A stretch of 4,331 nucleotides of DNA from a virus. Its lineage: Duplodnaviria > Heunggongvirae > Uroviricota > Caudoviricetes. The DNA lies in the IMG/VR virus record IMGVR_UViG_2671180460_000008, positions 1 to 4,331 of that record; one strand, 5' to 3'. The translations under genes and the position numbers were made by a program. Under the pieces are notes generated by a model, which saw nothing but the letters and a program-made list of their open reading frames with translations, ran no database searches and was not told the origin of the DNA. Shown here piece after piece: positions 1 through 4,331 of the stretch (its first letter is position 1; each line of letters starts with the position of its first letter).

Positions 1-84
1 GCCGCAGAGCTGGGAACTGCCATCGAATGGGGCGGGGACTGGAAAACACTGAAAGACGGACCTCACTTTCAGTTGAAACGCTGA
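1..84 (+). CDS. 3' end of an upstream gene (5'-truncated by the window); possibly the C-terminus of a peptidase M15 (VanY-like) endolysin
   Basis: Frame 1 is open from base 1 to TGA at 82-84 and translates AAELGTAIEWGGDWKTLKDGPHFQLKR. The WGGDW...DGPHFxL pattern resembles the C-terminal metal-binding region (D-x-x-H) of M15 L-Ala-D-Glu peptidase endolysins as I recall them, e.g. the T5 endolysin ending ...DGGHVELV. Position immediately upstream of cos fits a lysis-cassette gene. Only 27 residues are visible. Confidence 0.35.
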   Translation, partial: AAELGTAIEWGGDWKTLKDGPHFQLKR

Positions 85-98
85 TAACCAGGTGTGTT

Positions 99-218
99 AT
101 GAGCCGAAAACACTGGACACACAGAATGCCGCGAACGGCGGCGAAATGGGCGCTGGTAGCGATACTGGTGTCTTTTTTGTTTATCCTGATCATTCAGATA
201 AGCAGAGTATTTTGCTGA
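99..218 (+). CDS. Hypothetical 39-aa single-pass membrane peptide (basic N-terminus plus one hydrophobic helix)
   Basis: ATG at 99 lies 14 nt after the upstream stop and is preceded by AGGTG at 90-94 (short 4-nt spacer). Translation is MSRKHWTHRMPRTAAKWALVAILVSFLFILIIQISRVFC: a basic N-terminus followed by an uninterrupted hydrophobic stretch of about 20 residues. No homolog recognised; could be a truncated i-spanin N-terminus or a chance ORF. Confidence 0.25.
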   Translation: MSRKHWTHRMPRTAAKWALVAILVSFLFILIIQISRVFC

Positions 219-361
219 AAATGAAGGGTGCACCAGCGCCCGGAAAGCATGAGATTCTGCTGCGTGTGCCAATTTTATCTTATTCATTCTAAATCTTGCC
301 GAATCAAGATGAACTTTGATCAACTGCCCGGCGGCAAGGGGCATTAAAACAGGAGAAAATT

Positions 362-469
362 ATGTGGAAACCTACAGGTGACAAGTTAATCACCGCGTTG
401 ATTGACGGCAAGCCACAATACTTACGCATTGAAATGAGTGGTCAGCATGCTCGTTTGATTCGTGAGTAA
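362..469 (+). CDS. Hypothetical 35-aa protein
   Basis: ATG at 362 is preceded by a strong Shine-Dalgarno AGGAG at 351-355 with a 6-nt spacer; stop TAA at 467-469. Translation is MWKPTGDKLITALIDGKPQYLRIEMSGQHARLIRE. No homolog recognised. Confidence 0.35.
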   Translation: MWKPTGDKLITALIDGKPQYLRIEMSGQHARLIRE

Positions 470-480
470 CAGGCATTACA

Positions 481-507
481 GCAGCCCTTCACACACTGAG
501 GGGCTGC
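481..507. other. Inverted repeat able to form a hairpin (7-bp GC-rich stem, 13-nt loop)
   Basis: GCAGCCC at 481-487 is the exact reverse complement of GGGCTGC at 501-507. There is no U-tract after it on the + strand, so it is not a canonical intrinsic terminator for the 35-aa ORF. Confidence 0.3.
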
Positions 508-517
508 GATAATGTGA

Positions 518-560
518 GAAATAAAAAACCGGTCACAGGGAGCAGCTACACAGAACCGGC
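518..560 (-). terminator. Weak candidate Rho-independent terminator on the minus strand (repeat element copy A)
   Basis: On the minus strand a short stem (CCGGT ... ACCGG, with a long loop) is followed immediately by TTTTTTATTTC. The + strand reads GAAATAAAAAACCGGTCACAGGG at 518-540. The stem is only 5 bp, so this is weak. Confidence 0.2.
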
Positions 561-650
561 TGGCGAAGACCGCCAATATCACCCGGGCATCGGTACAACA
601 TACTTATGACAATAGACGGTATTGATGTAAATGCAATGTTATGCATCGAC

Positions 651-700
651 GAAAATAAAAAACCGGCAGGGGAAATCCATTGAAGATTTGCCGGTGGCAA
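651..700 (-). terminator. Candidate Rho-independent terminator on the minus strand (repeat element copy B)
   Basis: Minus strand reads CACCGGCAAATCTTCAATGGATTTCCCCTGCCGGTTTTTTATTTTCG: an outer stem CCGGCA / TGCCGG with inner AAATC / GATTT pairing, followed by a T6AT4 tract. The + strand carries the same A-rich CCGG core as copy A (GAAAATAAAAAACCGGCAGGGG at 651-670). Confidence 0.3.
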
Positions 701-838
701 AAGATGGCCATGCTTTCAACTTTAGTCGCAGGGTTACGGAGTGCAACAACGAATGCCACAGGTATATGGCTGAATGGCGTTGCAATGATGTACGTCATCT
801 TATCTGTAAATGTTAATGATAAATGCTCTCATTTGCGC

Positions 839-851
839 GGGTCCTTTCCGG
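839..851 (+). promoter_or_regulatory. cosQ-like element (packaging termination signal)
   Basis: GGGTCCTTTCCGG at 839-851 is identical to the 13 bp I recall at the right end of lambda DNA (GGGTCCTTTCCGG, about 17 bp before the cosN nick), which contains the cosQ heptamer GGGTCCT. Confidence 0.5.
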
Positions 852-859
852 AATCTGAA

Positions 860-890
860 ACACCGGGGGTCATGGGACGCGCAAAAACGC
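860..890 (+). promoter_or_regulatory. Predicted cosN (terminase nicking site); core sequence differs from lambda
   Basis: Located by two conserved flanks: the cosQ-like block upstream (839-851) and CGCTATTTATGAAAATTTT downstream (890-908), which matches lambda bases about 23-41. Counting from either flank puts the start of a 12-nt cohesive end at about 868-869. The local sequence CACCGGGGGTCATGGGACGCGC is not the lambda GGGCGGCGACCT. Confidence 0.45.
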
Positions 891-917
891 GCTATTTATG
901 AAAATTTTTCGAGTTCC

Positions 918-929
918 ACTTCCGGTTTT
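918..929 (+). repeat. R3-like arm of a 12-bp perfect inverted repeat (ACTTCCGGTTTT)
   Basis: ACTTCCGGTTTT at 918-929 is the exact reverse complement of AAAACCGGAAGT at 973-984. Confidence 0.5.
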
Positions 930-938
930 TTAATTATC

Positions 939-951
939 TAACCAATTGATT
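939..951 (-). promoter_or_regulatory. IHF binding site candidate (I1-like)
   Basis: The reverse complement of 939-951 is AATCAATTGGTTA, a full match to the IHF consensus WATCAANNNNTTR. It lies between the two inverted repeat arms, as I1 lies between R3 and R2 in lambda. Confidence 0.45.
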
Positions 952-972
952 AGATTGTTTTTAGTTATCAAG

Positions 973-984
973 AAAACCGGAAGT
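973..984 (+). repeat. R2-like arm of the 12-bp perfect inverted repeat (AAAACCGGAAGT)
   Basis: Exact reverse complement of 918-929. A related copy, AAAAACGGAGTT, occurs at 1013-1024. Confidence 0.5.
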
Positions 985-1053
985 CCGACCAGTTTGTGGG
1001 AAAATAGCGGCAAAAACGGAGTTGAGTGTAAAGTGAACAGCTAAAGAGGGTGT

Positions 1054-1563
1054 ATGGCAACGCAGGCGGAGGTAGCCGAGCATCTTGGTATAACTGAACG
1101 CTGGTTGCGGGATCTTCAGAAGCACCCGGGAGCGCCAAAAAATCGAAAGCGTGGTGAATACGATATTGATGCCTGGCGATATTTTTATATTTCATACCTT
1201 AAACGCAAAGGAAGAAGCGATTCTGATGACGATGGAAATAGCGATTACGAAGAAAAATTACTTATCGCCAGATGGAAATTGACTGAAGAACAGGCAATAG
1301 CACAGCAATTAAAAAATCAGGTAACCGAAGGCAAGCTCATTGATTCTGGGTTCTGCGTTTTCGCTCTCAGCAAACTGGCGATGGCATTGTCCAGTACGCT
1401 TGATTCCATTCCTTTATCCATGCAGCGACAGTTCCCGGATTTAACCCCGCGTCATATCGATTATCTGAAAACCCTTATCGCAAAAGGCGCGAATCAGTGT
1501 GCGCGGACAGGGGATAAATTGCCGGAGTTACTCGATGAATATATCCGAACTACAGCTGAATAA
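1054..1563 (+). CDS. nu1: Terminase small subunit (lambda gpNu1 family)
   Basis: 169-aa ORF directly downstream of cos. The C-terminal half (GFCVFALSKLAMALSSTLDSIPLSMQRQFPDLTPRHIDYLK ... LPELLDEYI) aligns with the lambda Nu1 C-terminus as I recall it (AFCTFVLSRIAGEIASILDGLPLSVQRRFPELENRHVDFLK ... IPGLLSEYI). The N-terminus (TQAEVAEHLGITERWLRDL) looks like a helix-turn-helix but diverges from lambda. The 3' end overlaps the large-subunit start by 29 nt, as in lambda. SD AGAGGG at 1045-1050. Confidence 0.9.
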   Translation: MATQAEVAEHLGITERWLRDLQKHPGAPKNRKRGEYDIDAWRYFYISYLKRKGRSDSDDDGNSDYEEKLLIARWKLTEEQAIAQQLKNQVTEGKLIDSGFCVFALSKLAMALSSTLDSIPLSMQRQFPDLTPRHIDYLKTLIAKGANQCARTGDKLPELLDEYIRTTAE

Positions 1564-3451
1564 TATGATGGCTGCTGTTTCAGTTGCGCTGCAGCCTCTG
1601 GTCAGGGTTGTACCGATGACGGCAGTTGAATGGGCTGATCAAAATTATTATCTGCCTAAAGAATCGTCATACGGTGATGGGGAATGGAAAACACTGCCGT
1701 TCCAGGTCGCCATTATGAACAGCATGGGGCACGACAGGATCCGCACTGTTAATCTGATTAAATCGGCGCGTGTGGGTTACACCAAAATGCTGCTGGGCGT
1801 GGTCGGGTATTTTATTGAGCATAAATCCCGTAACAGCCTGCTCTTCCAGCCGACAGATTCCGCAGCTGAAGATTTTATGAAAGCGCATGTGGAAGCAACG
1901 CTCCGGGATGTCCCCAGCCTTAAAGCGTTATCGCCATGGCTGGGCAGAAAACATCGTGACAACACACTCACCCTGAAGCGTTTTTCCTCCGGCGTGGGGT
2001 TCTGGTGCCTGGGGGGTGCCGCTGCTAAAAACTACCGTGAAAAATCAGTGGATGTGGTCTGCTATGACGAACTCTCCTCGTTTGAACCGGATGTGGAAAA
2101 GGAAGGCTCGCCAACGCTGCTTGGCGATAAACGTATCGAAGGTTCGGTATGGCCTAAATCCATACGCGGCTCAACGCCAAAAATTAAAGGCTCCTGCCAG
2201 ATTGAGAAAGCGGCGAATGAATCTGCGCATTTCATGCGGTTTTATGTCCCTTGCCCTCATTGCGGGGAGGCCCAGTATCTGAAGTTTGGCGATGATGCGA
2301 CGCCGTTTGGCCTGAAATGGGAGAAGGGTAAACCGGAAACGGTGTATTACCTGTGTGAACATAATGGCTGTGTGATCCGCCAGTCGGAACTTGACCAGAC
2401 CGACGGACGCTGGATTTGTGACAATACCGGGATGTGGACGCGTGACGGCCTGACATTTTACAGTGCCGGTGATGAGGAAATCCCGCCACCGCGCTCAATT
2501 TCGTACCACATCTGGACGGCATACAGCCCGTTCACCACCTGGGTACAGATTGTTTATGACTGGCTCGATGCACTGAAGGATCCGAATGGCGTCAAGACGT
2601 TCATTAACACCACGCTCGGGGAGCCCTATGAAGAGGCTGTGGCGGAAAAACTGAGCTTTGAGTTGTTACTGGAAAAGGTCTGTCACTATGGTGCGCAGGT
2701 TCCCCTGCGGGTGGTTTACCTGACCGCCGGGATCGACTCCCAGAAAGATCGCTATGAAATTTATGTCTGGGGCTGGGCTCCCGGCGAAGAAGCCTTTCTG
2801 ATTGACAAGCAAATTATCATGGGGCGACCGGAGGACGAGGACACCCTTAAACGTGTTGATGCGGTGATCCGGAAAAAATACCGCCATGCTGACGGTACTG
2901 AAATTTCCATTTCCCGCGTCTGCTGGGATACCGGTGGTATCGACCAGGACATTGTGTATCAGCGATCCAGAAAACACGGCACTTTTTTTGTGCTTCCCAT
3001 AAAAGGGGCATCGGTGTATGGCAAGCCGGTGATCACCATGCCCAAAAAGCGCAACCAGCGTGGTGTGTTTTTGTGTGAGGTGGGCTCCGATACCGTCAAG
3101 GAAATGCTGTACGCCCGTTTTGCCCTGCCGGTGGTTTCTGCCAGTGAAGCAGCCCCGTATACCTTCCGTTTTCCGGATAACCCGGACATTTTTTCGGAAG
3201 AAGAGGCGCGTCAAATCGTAGCGGAAGAACTGGTGGAAAAGGTGGTTAACGGCAGGGTGAAACTGCTGTGGGATAAAAAAGGGCGACGCAACGAAGCCCT
3301 CGACTGCCTGGTATATGCTTATGCCGCCCTGCGCGTTTCGGTACAGCGGTGGCAACTGGACCTTGACGCGCTGGCGAGGTCACGAAGAGATGAGCAGGAT
3401 GAGGATGATATGAGCATGGAAGAGATCGCGGCTGCACTGAGTGGAGGATAA
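1535..3451 (+). CDS. A: Terminase large subunit (lambda gpA family; ATPase plus endonuclease)
   Basis: Near-collinear similarity to lambda gpA along the whole length, from MNIS... at the N-terminus to ...ALSG at the C-terminus. Conserved at lambda-equivalent positions: Y46 (1670-1672), Walker A-like KSARVGYT at residues 76-83 (1760-1783), Walker B D178/E179 in VDVVCYDEL (2066-2071), and the Cys cluster CPHCG ... CEHNGC (2252-2263 and 2354-2371). Start set to ATG 1535 (GGAG at 1524-1527, 7-nt spacer), which reproduces the lambda N-terminus; the ORF track instead extends to an in-frame GTG at 1499. Confidence 0.95.
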   Translation: MNISELQLNNMMAAVSVALQPLVRVVPMTAVEWADQNYYLPKESSYGDGEWKTLPFQVAIMNSMGHDRIRTVNLIKSARVGYTKMLLGVVGYFIEHKSRNSLLFQPTDSAAEDFMKAHVEATLRDVPSLKALSPWLGRKHRDNTLTLKRFSSGVGFWCLGGAAAKNYREKSVDVVCYDELSSFEPDVEKEGSPTLLGDKRIEGSVWPKSIRGSTPKIKGSCQIEKAANESAHFMRFYVPCPHCGEAQYLKFGDDATPFGLKWEKGKPETVYYLCEHNGCVIRQSELDQTDGRWICDNTGMWTRDGLTFYSAGDEEIPPPRSISYHIWTAYSPFTTWVQIVYDWLDALKDPNGVKTFINTTLGEPYEEAVAEKLSFELLLEKVCHYGAQVPLRVVYLTAGIDSQKDRYEIYVWGWAPGEEAFLIDKQIIMGRPEDEDTLKRVDAVIRKKYRHADGTEISISRVCWDTGGIDQDIVYQRSRKHGTFFVLPIKGASVYGKPVITMPKKRNQRGVFLCEVGSDTVKEMLYARFALPVVSASEAAPYTFRFPDNPDIFSEEEARQIVAEELVEKVVNGRVKLLWDKKGRRNEALDCLVYAYAALRVSVQRWQLDLDALARSRRDEQDEDDMSMEEIAAALSGG

Positions 3452-3454
3452 AGG

Positions 3455-3664
3455 ATGGTTTATACGCATGAAATGCTTTGTGAGGCGCGTCGGGCATTAC
3501 ATGAACTGATGATCGGGCGTGCTGTGGTTTCTGTCGGCAGGAACGGACGGCAGGTTCAGTATTCGCGTGCGACGATTGGTGAACTGCGGCAATACATTGA
3601 AGAGCTGGAGAGTGCGCTGGGCGTGTCCGGACGGCGTCGCGGTCCGGTGGGAGTGAGACTGTGA
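3455..3664 (+). CDS. W: Head completion / head-tail joining protein (lambda gpW family)
   Basis: 69-aa ORF starting 3 nt after the gpA stop, with SD GGAGG at 3443-3447. It aligns with lambda gpW (68 aa) as I recall it: shared A-R-x-ALH-x-LM-x-G, YI-x-ELE and RRRGP-x-G motifs. Gene order Nu1-A-W-B matches lambda. Confidence 0.9.
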   Translation: MVYTHEMLCEARRALHELMIGRAVVSVGRNGRQVQYSRATIGELRQYIEELESALGVSGRRRGPVGVRL

Positions 3665-4331
3665 ATGTGGAGTTGATAGATGTTCACGGACAGCCCCTGC
3701 GACAGAGTATGGGATATTCCGGTGGCGGCTCCGGATTTGGTGGGCAGCTTGCGGAATGGTTACCTGCGCCGGAAAGTGCCGATGTGGCGCTGCTGCCTTC
3801 CATTCAGTTGGGTAATGCCCGTGCGGATGATCTGGTCCGTAATAATGGCATTGCCGCGAATGCTGTGGAAATTCATAAAGACCATATCGTCGGGCATATG
3901 TTTCGTCTGAGTTATCGCCCCAACTGGCGCTGGCTGGGGATGTCGGAAGCAGATTCACATGCTTTTATTGAAGATGTTGAGGCGGCGTGGATGGAATACT
4001 GCGATCCGGTGTTTGGTACGATGGATGTGGAAGGGCGTCGTTCGTTTACCGAATTCATTCGTGAAGGGGTGGGTGTCCATACTTTTAATGGAGAAATTTT
4101 TGTCCAGCCTGTATGGGATGCGGAATCCACGTCATTATTCCGGACGAAATTCAAAACCATCAGCCCGAAGCGTGTCAGTACACCCGGTTATGGTACCGGC
4201 GATCGTTTTATGCGTGCCGGGGTGGAAATAAACCGACACGGAAAAGCGCTGGCCTACCATGTTCAGGATGATGACTGGCCCGGCTACGGTGTCAGTAAAT
4301 GGACACGAATTACGGCAACACTGCCTTCCGG
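3661..4331 (+). CDS. B: Portal protein (lambda gpB family), 5' portion; 3' end beyond the window
   Basis: Frame 1 is open from 3601 to the window end. Translation contains YSGGGSGFGGQL, LLPSIQLGNARADDLVRNNGIAANA, HKDHIVG, FRLSYRPNWRWLG, VEAAW, IREGV, FNGEIFVQ, LFRTKFKTISPKRVS, matching the lambda gpB N-terminal region as I recall it. Proposed start is GTG 3661 (GGGAG at 3649-3653, 7-nt spacer; overlaps the gpW stop as GTGA); the first ATG at 3709 has no SD. Confidence 0.85.
   Translation, partial: MNVELIDVHGQPLRQSMGYSGGGSGFGGQLAEWLPAPESADVALLPSIQLGNARADDLVRNNGIAANAVEIHKDHIVGHMFRLSYRPNWRWLGMSEADSHAFIEDVEAAWMEYCDPVFGTMDVEGRRSFTEFIREGVGVHTFNGEIFVQPVWDAESTSLFRTKFKTISPKRVSTPGYGTGDRFMRAGVEINRHGKALAYHVQDDDWPGYGVSKWTRITATLPS

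Larger units (their letters stand above)
905..1040 (+). promoter_or_regulatory. cosB-like region (small-terminase R sites plus IHF site)
   Basis: AT-rich segment between cosN and the small-terminase start; the spacing from predicted cosN to the ATG (about 185 bp) is close to lambda (about 190 bp). Contains a 12-bp inverted repeat and an IHF consensus match, listed separately. Confidence 0.5.

Noticed and set aside
92-292. 66-aa GTG-start ORF overlapping the 39-aa membrane ORF in another frame
   Set aside because: GTG start without a Shine-Dalgarno and no recognisable features; it overlaps a slightly better candidate.
69-344. 91-aa minus-strand ORF
   Set aside because: No Shine-Dalgarno upstream of its ATG; it overlaps the 3' end of the upstream + strand gene and the micro-ORF region; no recognisable motifs.
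481-507. Hairpin after the 35-aa ORF as a + strand intrinsic terminator
   Set aside because: No U-rich tract follows the stem on the + strand (it is followed by GAUAAUGUGAGAAAUAAAAAA), so it is kept only as an inverted repeat.
604-798. 64-aa minus-strand ORF
   Set aside because: The terminator-like hairpin and T-tract at 651-700 lie inside it on the same strand, which argues against it being translated as a unit.
631-901. Plus-strand ORFs 631-816 (Cys-rich, 61 aa) and 680-901 (TTG start; internal ATG 704 with a GGTGG SD)
   Set aside because: The second runs across cosQ and cosN, where no gene is expected in lambda-type genomes; neither has recognisable homology. The ATG 704 start context is reasonable, so this is a low-confidence rejection.
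1667-3189. Several shorter minus-strand and alternative-frame ORFs within the large terminase gene (1667-1888, 1777-1971, 2016-2282, 2171-2362, 2232-2522, 2761-2952, 2959-3189)
   Set aside because: All overlap the terminase CDS in other frames or antisense, and none has a convincing start context or recognisable motif.
2666-3355. 229-aa minus-strand ORF inside the large terminase gene
   Set aside because: Entirely antisense to a strongly supported, lambda-homologous CDS; no recognisable domains; long antisense ORFs are expected by chance in GC-balanced coding DNA.
3246-4231. ORFs antisense to, or out of frame with, gpW and the portal gene (3246-3497 minus, 3497-3958 minus, 3912-4160 minus, 3680-3910 plus, 3959-4231 plus)
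   Set aside because: They overlap well-supported genes; the portal frame was missing from the ORF track only because it has no stop inside the window.
1-4331. tRNA genes, CRISPR repeats, IS elements or integrase/att sites
   Set aside because: No tRNA-like conserved arms, no regularly spaced direct repeats, and no transposase-like or integrase-like ORFs were seen in the window.

Overview
This window is the lysis-to-head junction of a lambda-like (cos-type) enterobacterial phage or prophage, read across an uncut cos site. From left to right it holds: the 3' end of an upstream gene (possibly an M15-type endolysin), about 750 bp of accessory DNA with only micro-ORFs and repeated hairpin elements, a lambda-like cos site (cosQ, cosN, cosB), and then the packaging operon: terminase small subunit (Nu1-like), terminase large subunit (gpA-like), head completion protein gpW and the 5' part of the portal gene (gpB-like). 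Homology calls rest on my recollection of the lambda protein and cos sequences; no database search was run. The packaging genes look intact and translationally coupled. I did not find a clear novel multi-gene system. The items most worth a second look are the divergent cosN core and cosB repeat set, which suggest a packaging specificity different from lambda, and the accessory stretch between the endolysin-like gene and cos, where no spanin genes are recognisable and where a 39-aa membrane peptide, a 35-aa ORF and duplicated A6CCGG hairpin elements sit instead. No tRNA, rRNA, CRISPR array or IS element was seen.
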